Assembly: GCA_951406725.2 (NCBI GenBank)
Contig: OX597820.1
Coordinates: 92,814,001 to 92,878,000 of the forward strand
DNA from: Octopus vulgaris
Lineage: Eukaryota
Reading direction: 5' to 3'
DNA length: 64,000 bases
A program made the translations under genes and the position numbers. Shown piece after piece: positions 15,306-27,619 of this stretch (positions within the stretch are counted from its first letter, which is position 1; each line of letters begins with the position of its first letter). The notes beneath the pieces are model-generated. The model had not been told where the DNA came from and ran no database searches. It saw only the letters and a program-made list of their open reading frames with translations.

Positions 15306-15514
15306 ATATATATATATGTAGGTAGAAAGTTAGCTTCAAGCAATCCATAGTAAATGTTGAAAAAAGACTTTCAGGGACAACAATAGTGGCTTACTGCGAC
15401 GGAAGTTTGTGGATTTTTTTCGTATCGAAGTACGATAAATTGAAAATAGTTCGTTTTATATTTCACAGTAGGCGGCCAGGGTTACCGAGTGTGCGAATAA
15501 GAATACAAGAGTTA

Positions 15515-15686
15515 CAGAATGGAGTAGATAAGATCCGGGCTACATATGTTTCATAGCGTGCTATCTACACATACTCATTGACTCTTCCATGTAGCGTGCG
15601 GTATACACCTCGCTAGGATATTTACCATTTCTGAGGTCCCACTCGCTATCAAACATAATTGCCCAGATCTTATCTACTCTGTTCCG
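15515..15686. mobile_element. Putative TA-flanked MITE / foldback (172 bp)
   Basis: cagaatggagtagataagatccgggctacatatgtttcatagcg is the imperfect reverse complement of cgctatcaaacataattgcccagatcttatctactctgttccg; TA on both flanks. Confidence 0.65.
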
Positions 15687-15870
15687 TAAATATATATACA
15701 GACAAACCAACACCAACCAGTAGTGAACGACAATCATAAAGATACACGCACACACAGGTCTGAACATACACAAACGCACACACACACACACGCCGGCAGA
15801 CATGCAGTCAAACAGGCACACAGACAGGCAGACGGACGGATAGAGAGAGAGAGAGGGGGGTAGATAAACG

Positions 15871-16029
15871 ACGACTTCGTTCAGTTTCTGTCAACCAAAT
15901 CAATTCAGTACTCTATGGTCTGCCAGGAGCTATAGCAGAATACACTTCACCAAAATGCTACACAGTGGTATTGGGCCCGGAACTACGTGGCTGAGGAGCA
16001 AACTTATTGTCGCACATCCACGCCTGTGC
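15871..16029 (-). mobile_element. SINE S2 5' half, degraded
   Basis: Aligns to 2720-2858 (tcagtttc..caaat..ctatagcagaatacactt..cacgcctg). Confidence 0.7.
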
Positions 16030-16225
16030 ATATATATTTCAATCAGCATTTTTCATATATGGCAAGCCATAGTAACGTGATGATATTTCAAAGAATATAA
16101 ATCTTTCCACCGGGAAAAACTGCAAAGTGGCTTTCGAATGTTTTAAGTATGAGATAATTTCATCAAGAAATATATTGAGTAGCTTTTAAATGTCTCAATA
16201 TGTTTACGATAATTTTTCTATATTT

Positions 16226-16304
<79 letters not shown>

Positions 16305-16309
<5 letters not shown>

Positions 16310-17370
16310 TAGTTTTATTTTTATAGCGTGCTTTCACTTCACTACCGAGCGCAGCTCTGTGTGCCTTGGGTATGTGCTGTGATTTGTTGTGATGATCTGA
16401 TGGTTATTGTATGGAAAGTGTTCTGCGTAGGATGTGTGCAGTGCCCAGTAGTGCAATTTTCTGTATGTTATATGTGTTTGTAAGTCCTGGTGTTTTTGTT
16501 ATGTATTTGTCTGAATATTTTTTTATCATGCCTAATGCACCTACTATGATAGGAATTGTTTCTGTTTTCAGATTCCACATTCTAGTTACCTCTATTTCCA
16601 GGTCTTTGTATTTTGAGAGTTTCTCCATTTCTTTTAGAGACACGTTGTCATCAGCCGGTATTGATACATCAATTAGAAAGCATTTTCTTTTCTTCATGAT
16701 CTCTGACAACTATATCTGGTCTGTTGGCCTTAATTTCTCTATCTGTGTGTATCGGCATATCCCAGAGTATGGTTGCTTTCTCGTTTTCTGTGACCTTTTC
16801 TGGTGTGTGCCTATACCATCTTTTTTCTGTTGTTATTCCATAATGTTGGCATAGCTTCCAATGTATGTAGGTTCCAACTCTGTCATGTCTGTGAATATAT
16901 TCCTTCTTAGCCAGGACTGGGCAGCTAGAGATAATATGATTTATTGTTTCTTGTCTATCTCCACATATTCTGCAGTTACTTGTAATATTTCTTTTCATTA
17001 CATGTTTTTGGTAATTTCTGGTGGGGAGGCTTTGGTCTTGTGCTGCAATTAAAAATCCCTCTGTTTCTGCTTTGAGTCCTGAGCTTCTCAACCATTGCTG
17101 GGATTTTTCTTTGTCTATTTCTTTTGCGCTTAGTTTAGTGCAGTATTTACCATGAAGGGGCTTTTCTTGCCATCGTTTTATCATGGCTCGTTGCTGTTCT
17201 ATTTTTAGTTTGGATTTCATTTGTTTTATAGCTTTTGTTGTTTCTTCATCATCTTCTTCTTCTTCTTTGTGTTTATTAGGTGGTATGATTTCTTGTTTGT
17301 ATTTGTCAGCTTCCTTAAATACTGAGAACAGTTTTTTGTTTTGCTCGTGTTTTGCTGCTATCTGGATCAG

Positions 17371-17373
<3 letters not shown>
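16305..17373 (-). mobile_element. 5'-truncated R4/Dong-like REL non-LTR retrotransposon, family A
   Basis: WQEKPLHG, LKAETEGFLIAAQDQSLPTRNY, CCHC finger CRICGDRQETINHIISSC, RHD, REL motif RPDIVV..(frameshift)..LIDVSIP..KLSKY; stop at 16404; flanked by (TTA)n. Confidence 0.88.
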
Positions 17374-17467
<94 letters not shown>

Positions 17468-17468
<1 letters not shown>

Positions 17469-18636
17469 TATGTTTGACTTTTGCTTTAAGTCTGTACAAG
17501 TTGGCTCCAAGTCTCACCCAGAGACCTCAAGAGACAACAGGTTGGAAGTTCACGTTGTTGTTATGCCTAGCGTGCCATATATTTGGGGGTCTTTTGGTGT
17601 TGTACTAGTGAATGTTTAATATATAAATTTTTTAAAAAAAGGTTTGTTTTAAACCTTGGGATTACATAGAGAGTATGTTGCGTAGGATATGATCAGTTCC
17701 CATGAGCACTATCTTTTGAATTTCTGCCATTTTGGGGTTTCCTGGTATCTGAGTTAGGTAGCAATCAGCCCCTTTCGTTATCATTACCAGGGCACCTATG
17801 ACAACAGGTATTGTTTTAGTCTTCAGGTTCCACATTTTGCTGATTTCTATTTCAAGATCTTTATATTTGCTCAGTTTTTGGTAGGTCTTGACAGATACGT
17901 TTATATCGATTGGGACAGTCATATCAATGAGGAGGCGTGTTCTTTGTCTGAAGTCTTTCAATATGATATCTGGCCTATTTGCATCTATCTTTCTGTCAGT
18001 TTGAATGGTGAAGTTCCAGAGGAGTGAGATGTGGTCATTTTCAAGCACTGGAGGTGGATTGTGTTCCCACCAGTTTTTTTCATGGAGCAAATCCAGGTTT
18101 TTGCAAATTACCCAGTGAATATATTGTGCAGCTCTATCATGCCTATTGAGGTACTCAGTAGGCACTAGAAGACTGCATTTGGAGACAACATGATCAATGG
18201 TTTCATTTTGTTGTCGGCATACACGACATGCTGGGCTACTGCCGTTCTTTAATACGTTGGCCTGATAGTTCCTTGTTGGTAGGCATTGATCTTGAGCTGC
18301 TATGATAAACCCTTCTGTTTCAGAGGCCATTAGCCATTGATGGGTCAGGGCTTTGTCAATATCTGCATTATTCGCTCTCTTTGAGGTTTGCCATAGAGAG
18401 GTTTTTCTTGCCATTTATTATTCAGAATATCTAAGGCCGCAGTTTTGGCACGGGTTTTCATGCGCCTAGCTTTTTCTGTGCTTGTTTCTTGTATGTCTAT
18501 CTCTAATTCCGAAATTTGTTGTATTCGGAATTCACTTAGATATTCCTTTGCCTGTTTTGTTACTGAGTATGATGCTTTCTTGTTTTCATGTTTTGAGACA
18601 AGTTTTAACATCCAGTCCTCAGACTTTTTCAGGTAG

Positions 18637-18638
<2 letters not shown>
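17468..18638 (-). mobile_element. 5'-truncated R4/Dong-like REL non-LTR retrotransposon, family B
   Basis: ETEGFIIAAQDQCLPTRNY, CRVCRQQNETIDHVVSKC, RHD, RPDII..LIDMTVP..KLSKY; stop at 17662; distinct ~190-nt 3' UTR; flanked by (TTA)n. Confidence 0.88.
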
Positions 18639-18692
<54 letters not shown>

Positions 18693-18693
18693 C

Positions 18694-18773
<80 letters not shown>

Positions 18774-18807
18774 TATTGTTGTTGTTGTTGTTGTTATTGT
18801 TGTTATT

Positions 18808-19872
18808 GCCTTTGCACAGCTTCTAACGCTAGAGATGTACTACAGTGTCAGCTGTTCACTACCAGTGATCTAAGGTAATACCTCTTATTTTTCGAGCACC
18901 TTCCGGATACTCGAGCGGTTCCAAGCAATGGTGTTTTCTGCAAGTATATCAACCGTCATTGCAGCCCATATTTGTTCCACGTACTTCTCAAGATTTTTAC
19001 TCACTGTTCCCAGTGCTCAGACAATTATTGGTACTACTGCTACCTTTTTCATCGGCCACAACTGCTTAATTTCCCAAGCTAACCTGTCATATCTATCGAC
19101 TTTTCGTTCTTCCTTATCGCATACATTGTTGTCAACTGACCATGCTATATCTATGATCCAGCATAGTTTGTTTTCTTTCTCAATTAAGACAATGTCCGGC
19201 TTCCTATTCTCTATCTCATGGTCGCACTTAATCATAATATCCCACATGATCTTTGCATTTCTATTTTCGACGATGCCTTCAGGTTTGTGGTCGTACCAAT
19301 TTTTTCTCTGTCAAGTGCATAGTTGTTGCAAAGTGTCCAATGGACAAGCTTGGCTACATTGTCGCGGCATCTCTTATATTCCTTCTGGGCTAGTGGCGTA
19401 CATTGGCTGGTAATATGTCATATGGTTTCACCGTTTTGTCCACAGATTCTGCACTTATCACTTTTTGCTGTGTTGTCTATTCTGTATTTTATGTAGTTTG
19501 TTCTTAGTGCTTGCTCTTGGGCAGCACAGATTAGAGCCTCCATTTCCGGTTTTAAATCACTTTTAGTCATCCACAGCCATCGTTTTTCTCTGTCTGTTTT
19601 ATCTTCAACATCCCTATGAAATTAATAATGCATACTTTTCTTTACCCACCTATTTTCAGTTTCATTCGTTTTGAATTGCTTGTACAATGCTTCTATCTTT
19701 CCAATCTTTCATCCTACACAAGATTTCTTACTTCTAATAATAGCGGTTCTGTGGCATTTTTTACATACTATGCAATGTTGTTTTCTTCTGCTCTAATGCT
19801 TTATTCGCATCCAATCAGTCCTTCTCCGCCTCTTGTTCTTGGTACATACAATCTGTCTGTGTCACTTTTTGG
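18808..19872 (-). mobile_element. 5'-truncated R4/Dong-like REL non-LTR retrotransposon, family C
   Basis: PKSDTDRLYVPRTRGGEGL at the 5' end, AAQEQALRTNY, CRICGQNGET, WDIMIKCDHEIENRKPDIVLI..IIDIA; flanked by (TTA)n/(TTG)n. Confidence 0.85.
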
Positions 19873-20529
19873 TATTATTATTATTATTATTTATTACCCA
19901 TTCTTTTCTGTATCTTCTAGCTTTTCTTCTTCCTCTTCTTTCCTTTTTATCCACCTTCCTCTTCTGTTATCCTTCTTCTCCCCTTCTTCCTCCTTCTCGT
20001 CTTCCTGCTCTTCTTGCTGTTATTTGATATAAGACCGGGCCTAATTGATCAAACCAATAATCAAGGTCATTAAACTAACTCATGTTATTTTCCCGCTTTT
20101 TAGTATTATTGTACTACGAATTACACTACATTCTAATCTTTGCTTTTAATAAGCATTTCGGGAGATATTTGTTGCTATCTCTAACAAGTCAAGCAACCGC
20201 ATAGAATCTATTTTATTTTTTCGTTTATACCATATTCGTCATCGTTAATGACGTTGATGAATAATCGTTAGATGACTAAATCTTTAGAAGAACTGAGAAA
20301 ATGTCAGTCAAAACTTATATAGCTGGTTACTGTTTAACCATTTGCTTGACCAAAGCATTTACAAGGGTTCGTTTTAAAGCCCCATACTTATTCTCAGAAT
20401 TCCTTGTGTGATAGGTTCTGAGTAATATAACGCTTTCCTCTCAAAAGTCTAAAGTTACTCTCAAGTTGAAAAAATATTGGGTATGAGTACAATAAATGAC
20501 GCATATGTGCCAAGGAAACACACACACAC

Positions 20530-20592
<63 letters not shown>

Positions 20593-20811
20593 AGCAATAA
20601 TAAATTTCTGTGTGAGATATAAAGAGTAACTGCACGACATCGTGAAGTATATTTGCCATCTAAATGTGGTCAACCCTTAAGGGTTGATGCTACTCTAGAT
20701 TGTAGCCTCAGGAAGATATCTTCTCCAGTTGGCTATTGACACACTCACTTTCTGTGCCCTATCATTATTTGCAAAGGGAAGTCATCTTTCCCATCCCAGC
20801 CTTACGTGATG

Positions 20812-20856
20812 CACACGGACCCGAGTTTCTGAGTATTGACCCGTCATCAGCGTGTG
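20812..20856 (-). ncRNA. Minimal type I hammerhead ribozyme motif
   Basis: Minus strand: CACACG CUGAUGA c GGGU caau ACUC a GAAAC ucgg GUC CGUGUG. 6-bp stem I, full CUGAUGA and GAAA boxes, GUC cleavage triplet, short stem III. Confidence 0.8.
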
Positions 20857-20867
20857 ACAACAACCAT

Positions 20868-22060
20868 TTTTCTTTATTATGATAATAAATATCTATTACA
20901 AAGAAGGACAATACAGGACGTTACACACATATAAATGTGCTAAGTGAGTTTATAAATTTCTCATAGTCATTTAGAAGAGGCGAGAACGCCTGTGGCCCGT
21001 TCAGCTTGGACTCAGTCACCACACATATATCGATTTCTAGTGACCTGCGGTCGTTTATGTGACAAGTTTGCTTCTATGTCGACCCCATGCCACGAACATT
21101 TATACAACCTAACTTAATGTCCATGGTCAAAATAAAGAAACTTACACTTTAAGTATGAGGAAGGTCTACACGAATTCGCCAACCTCCCCTCCTTTTCTTT
21201 CTGAGGTGTAACCGCTGGTGTAGCCGCTGAGCTAAGCACAAATCTTTTCCTGACCATCCCTAGGCTAACATCTTGTATGTCCTGCGGGTATCTCGCTTTA
21301 GATTATTCGAATAGATCTGCTTCTATCTTTGCCAAACGTATATTCGGTGGCATACCTTACATTGGTTGTAAAATATACGATTTTTATAAGCAGTTATTAT
21401 TCTCGCAAAAAAAACTTTTTTCGCATTGTACTTCACAATCCATTCTCCTAGTGCATTTTTAGCGGGGTGGCAGGTTTCGACTTGGGGTGGATTGGGGAGA
21501 TTTTTTCTGTGTGTTTGCGATTTGTGTAGATGTTTTCTTTCTCAGGGAAGGGGAATCTGGGGCATAGGCTTTTTTTCTTTTAGGTGAAATCACTGTGGTA
21601 AATTCCATTTCCCCTTCGGCTCCCATCTGTTTTGTTTATTCCTTTCTTCAGCTTTGCCTATGACGCTTTTCGTCGCTTTCTTGTTACATTCTTTTTGGGG
21701 AGGGACTTCAGCCTTTCCCAGTTGTTCTTTTTATGTTTCGCAGTCCGAACGGACGTGTCCTTTTTCTCCACATTTAAAACATCTGGGTCTACGTCTTTCG
21801 ACTGATATTCTAGCGATCGATCCTTCCCTTATAAAAATGCGGTCTGGCCCCGATTCAAGCACATCATTTGAGGCTTGAACCACCATCTCAAGTGTTTGGC
21901 CTTTCCCGTTTAGAGCCTCTCTCTTTTTCAACTGCATCGTAAATTACGGACGCTGCCATTCATGTTACGTCGTAACCAGGTGGTATCTCCTCTATAGTTA
22001 TTTTTGCAGTTCTCCGGTCTAGATAGATCGGAAGCAAAATACCCCTAATCTTCATATATT
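20868..22060 (-). mobile_element. Tx1/L1-like non-LTR element, internally deleted (ORF1 remnant + start of ORF2 + 3' end)
   Basis: ORF1 zinc knuckle RCFKCGEKGHVRSDC (ORF 21731-21937). ATG at 21124 gives MDIKLGCINVRGMGST*KQ..IND.RSLEIDI..VTESKL (APE endonuclease N-terminus). Then a short UTR ending AATAAAGAAAAA near 20870. Confidence 0.7.
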
Positions 22061-25000
22061 CATTTATTATCCTTATAATGTTTACATTTTTCTTATATTG
22101 TCGTATTAACCGTCTATTAGTATCTAACTTTTACTGCTTTAAGTATTTTCTGTAAATTATCTCCTTCTATATTTTTGACATATTATTTACATAAACATTC
22201 TATTATAAAGTTTATATACCACTAAACATTTATGGGGACTCTTAAATATTTTTTTCTAATTTATAAAAAAGCCAAAATGATTATTAACGGTCAAATATAA
22301 ATTTCAGTCTCCTGTATTTAAGAATTCCGTACTCACTCATTTGGATTTTCAACCTCACTTGCTTCTTACTTCTTATATGGAGTTTAAACTAGCTCAGTTA
22401 CCCTAATCTATAGAGAGAAAGTTACCTATATTTCTATGTTGTATATATATCTTTACCTAACCTTTACATGTTAGTCGTGTTTTAAATAGTCATGACTCCT
22501 AGAACAATAACACATTAAAACTTAGTAAGAATACAATACCCAGGTAATTCTTGAGTCCATCTTTTTCTTTATTAAGTTCTTATTTTTCCTTATAGTGTTA
22601 CTGATAAGTACTATTTGACAACTCAGATTCTTAAAATTAATTTATTGTCTTTCTGTACGAAACGATCGTCTAGGGAATTAAATAAATATTATATCTCATA
22701 TTAACATCTAATCTCCTCAAATTATGAAAAATATGATTAAATCTGTCAAACTTCGTGCTATAACTTAAATCATATACTTAATACACTTATATATATATAT
22801 ACATCACATGTGATACACAGACAAAGAGTTACAATTCCCACGCATTAAAGTAGTATTTGTAAATATATATATATATACAGCTCAGTACATCTGTAACACC
22901 CGCTAACATCTTACGTTGCATACCATTGATAGTCATTTTGCTCAATGATATAGACTTACCCTACCGTCAAACTACGATGTTTTCTCTCTGATTCTTCAAC
23001 CGTAACAAGATGAATCTCTCTCTTCGTTTCTTACTATTCTTATTGTGTCTTAATTCATTCATCATATTACACTGTGTAATTTGTATGTCCTAGTTAGTCT
23101 TCTACAGGCTGAACTCCGCTGGCAATTCTCAATAGTGTTTGAATAATATTAATGCTTCCCTTTTCAATTTTCAATATCACTGATTTCTTTTGCTAGGATA
23201 CAGAAGACGGATGTATTTGGCATTAGTAACACACGAGTTTTAATTTATGTACCGTGGTCTGTGAAGGAGAATTATAGATCTGAGTGTTCACCAATGTATC
23301 ATTTTTAACTACCGACTCCCCCTACACATGAGATATTTTTCGCAACTTCAAGCCCAAACTACACTCTAATATCATAGTATTTTAGTATTTGCTTTATAGT
23401 ATACCCTAATCATTACATAGTTAAAGCTATTCACTCCTATCAGCTTTCTCGAGAGCAATTGACTTGAATCTAGTAAGATACGCACGTACTCTACGTTAAT
23501 TATCTCAGACGAAGAAATGCAGTACAAATGAGAGACCTCGAGAATTGTAAAGGGATAAATAAAGTCATCTTCTGAATGGTGGGGTTATTACTAACAGAGT
23601 AATATCTGCTAACAGCTTCCGAAGGCTAGGTAGTGTTATTAAATCGGACCGGAATTAATTTATCCACACGAAAAGTGTAACAGTTATTTCGATGAACTTC
23701 CACAGAATTTCCTTCTACCAATTTCATTTTCAAATCCTTAGTCAATCTGAGATTGCAAGTATATGGGTCCAATTTAATGTTTGAAATTATACGCGGACAC
23801 CTGTTCTTAATAGAAGATTTGTTTTGCCAACGGTACATGCAAAATTAAAAAACGAATGGTCGCATATCTAAAATCACACTTCTTCACTATTCAACGTTTT
23901 ATCACTCATCATGAAAAAGGTATTTATACATTGTTAAGGAGATACTCAATACTTCTGTATATTTTGTCAAGGTACGTGGCTGAATGTCATGTAGAACACA
24001 ACATATTAACTTTGCTTCATTATCTACTTCAATAAAATAACAAGCAAATTAGAACAAGGGTGAATGTAAAACTGTTAGAACCGTTGCGCTATTAGAATCG
24101 TTTTCACATTTTTTACCCGTTGGCACATAGGAAACATCGAAAATTTAAAATTCAAAAGAAAAAAAGAGAATAAAAGGATATTAAATCAAAATATTATCAT
24201 ACATAAAAATTTCCATATAAATTACAGAGAAAATCCTGTAAGTTTGACATATAAATAGTCCACTTGAAATTACAATAAATGTAAAGAAAATTAATGAAAA
24301 TTATCTGAAAGAATAATTAATTTATATTTGTGGTTTTGCGAGTCATAAATTGTTTTGAATACATTAAGAAAGATGCCATGTAAAAGTGCATAGTCTTAAA
24401 ATATGATTAAAATAAAACATGTGTTATTAATTGAAATTTCTCTGTTGATGTTCTTGCTGTTATTGTATATCACTTCGAAAAGATATGCCCATCAAAACTT
24501 TCTGGTATTTGTGAAGATAATGAGTTTTGCGTTGCAGCTGAATAGACTGTGCTGTGAGAAAACTAATTTTAAGAATCAAATTGTTCCATTCAGAACGACC
24601 ATCAAATTCAGTGTTCAAGTTTACAAGTTCACGCCTGACCGCATTAATTATCTACCATGGCTGTCAACACCTGGAAACGGAAATGACAATAATAAATTCA
24701 TAACTTGAGCAAGTAGTCTTCCAGAGACCCTGTAATGTTAAACAACTATTTCGATATCCTTAACGCACCCACTGGAAGTTTATCCCCTTGGGTACCACTG
24801 ATCTAACAGCAGTATCAGTTCCTCATCTTCTCGTTGAATTAAAGAGTGTTTTTTGTTAAGAAACAGGTGATTTAACGTCAACACATAATCCAAAGAAACT
24901 AAATATTATGATGAATACCACGGCATGCAGTAAACTACCATTTGTTTAACCTCATGTCTGCCTTCAACTTAAAGACTTATGATTAAGACATTCCAGCCGT

Positions 25001-25189
25001 GACTATACCTTCTTATTTAAACACTGTATATGTAGGTCTTACATCCTTAATACATTCGTATCACTTTTCGGAAAACATTAAGGAGTGGATTGAAGGATAT
25101 TTGACTGCTATTTTTCGTATTTTGAGCGACAACTACACAGAAAATTTAGTAATTCAAGTTAGAAAAGTGATTTCAGTTTCATTTTACAT

Positions 25190-25550
25190 CAAGCATAAGT
25201 AGTGAAATAGTTTGCTTCGCAGCAGCCACACGGTTTCGCGGTTAGCTTGTCTGTGCAGCGTCACTAAGATGGCACACAGCGGTAAATGGATACTGTATGG
25301 AAGACCGCCATAGATACACACATACGCATATATATATACACATGTGTGTATGTACGAATGTATGTGGGCGTGTAACCGTGTTTTTGCTTGTCCCCGCCAG
25401 TCGCTTAACAACCTGTGCTATACCAAATACCAAATACAAAACTCAGTACCAAACTTTAAAATAAGTACTGGGGTCGATTGGAACGACTAAAACTTTTAAA
25501 ACGGTTCCCCAGCATGGTTGCAGTCCAATGACTGCAATAAATAAATAAAA
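25190..25550 (+). mobile_element. SINE S2, degraded, internally deleted
   Basis: Head remnant plus tail aagtactggggtcgatt..acggttccccagcatggttgcagtccaatgactgcaataaa. Confidence 0.65.
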
Positions 25551-27619
25551 ATAATATCAGTTAATATCACTTTCTATGCAATACACAGGAGAATGGTGTG
25601 AATAACATAACACTGGGATTTTCTATTCACTAAAGTGTTGCTGTCTTGTACTTAATCAAGAAGAAGCAAAAAATATTATTTATCTAATGTCCCACCGTTT
25701 CTACTAACTCATCAACCTGTTTAATAATGAAGTACTAACGCTAATTAAAATAAGCTGCTAAGAAATCACGCAACGACTAATGGAATCTCAAAAAGATAGC
25801 GGATACAAGTCTTGCATCTTATTATTTGTGGTGAATAAAACATCATATATAAATATTCAATGTAATCAATTGCGTTTCATAATTTTTTTGAAATTAAAAC
25901 GAAAAACTTATTTTTTATGCAGTTTGAAATGAAAATCTATTAATTTATATAATGAATCTAAAGCTGAATAAGAAATGAAGTATTGCATACAAAATAATGG
26001 AAACTAACAAAGATTTTTTGAAATCAGTAAAAATAACTATTCGATTCTGCATATTAAATAATTGAAGTTTGAGTTAGGCCAGTGTAACACTTTGGTTATG
26101 TAGAACAGTGAATATTGATTTTTGTCTCTTGCACAAGGTTACTAATTCTCATAAAAGGATAAAGCTAATTTAGTGTATTTCGATATACTCTTCGCACTTA
26201 TTTTACCGTCGACAGATGGATTAAAAGCAAGGTAAACCCCAGTGAGTAGAGAACTGAAACTTTGTCACGAATGCTAAATAATGTATGACAACTCAATTTG
26301 ACCCGATTTGCTATTTCACTCACGTCACCGTCTTCAAGAATATTATTTATTATCATTATTATCATTGTCACATTAACGAGAGCTAGGTGTTTGTTTCGAT
26401 AATTCCATAGACTTGAAAGTTTCATATAAGTGTTCTTTTAATTTCACTATTCATCTGCAAAGCTGCAATTAAGCACTCTTAAATTGATAGACAAACATCA
26501 AACATAACATGGCATCGTATTATTCACAAAGTGAGCATTGATAAAGAGGAATTATGAAATCTATTGCGCTTAATATTTGATAATATTTCACTCACTGACC
26601 AAATGAGTGAGTAAACGATTGTTTATGATGGTACGTTACCTACATTGTACTTTCATGTAAACTACACAGTGTTGTTTCTGTTTCTGTGATTCTTGCTTTC
26701 ATTATGAATAAACAGCCAATAAGGAAATTAACACAAAACCATACTGGAAAGACGTAACTTTGTTAACGTATTACACAATAAAAACCACAGACTGGAGCAA
26801 AGTCTTTTAGCGGTCGCAACAAAGACAGATTCATATGTAATTAGGTGTTAACATATCGATTGATCCCATGCCACTGAGTTTACCTGGTGAAGTTGAGTCA
26901 ATTACTATTATTTCCAACTATTATATTTACTATTCACTGCAAGAAATATTAATGTTAATGTAACTATTGAATCATCCTAGACATACACATATCCATGCAC
27001 ATAAACACTTGCTTGCACACACATACGCACGCATACATACACCAAGCACACATGAATATAGATGTGTATGCGCATAGAAAATATGATAATGGTGTAATTT
27101 GTTAAATATGTATGCGTCCACGTATTACTGAATATGTACGCTTCTAGAAAGTTAATATTAATTCGAGAGGTATCCACCCCTCAGTGAAAACTTTTCATTT
27201 TGGTTAGGCATAAAAGAGTTCGTTTTTCAACACGTCTCCATTTTGGGCAGTTTATATTCAAAATTCTGAACATTTTTTTACTCCCGATGAGAGATAAAGG
27301 TCTCGATCACTCTTTGCTACAAGGTACGAGCACGTATATTTCCTTTACATCATGTATCACAGTGTTTATCTTTCCCCTTATATTCCTCACAATATAAACT
27401 TGCGTCACAGCTTCAAACAGGTCAAAATTCTCTAAAGCTTTTACTGAGTATTTTAAATATCTCGTTGAGACTATTATGATACATATAATGTAGTATGTGT
27501 CTTATTATCGAATATATGCACACGGTGCTAAGGTACCCAACAACCCTAAGAATTAAGGACGTAGAGCTATTTGAATCCAACCTCTTAGATATGATACCCG
27601 GATTGAATTTTTGGATGTT

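Noticed and set aside
16669-17517. 282-aa ORF as an intact gene
   Set aside because: It reads through a (TAA)n tract into a 5'-truncated retrotransposon and frameshifts inside the REL domain.
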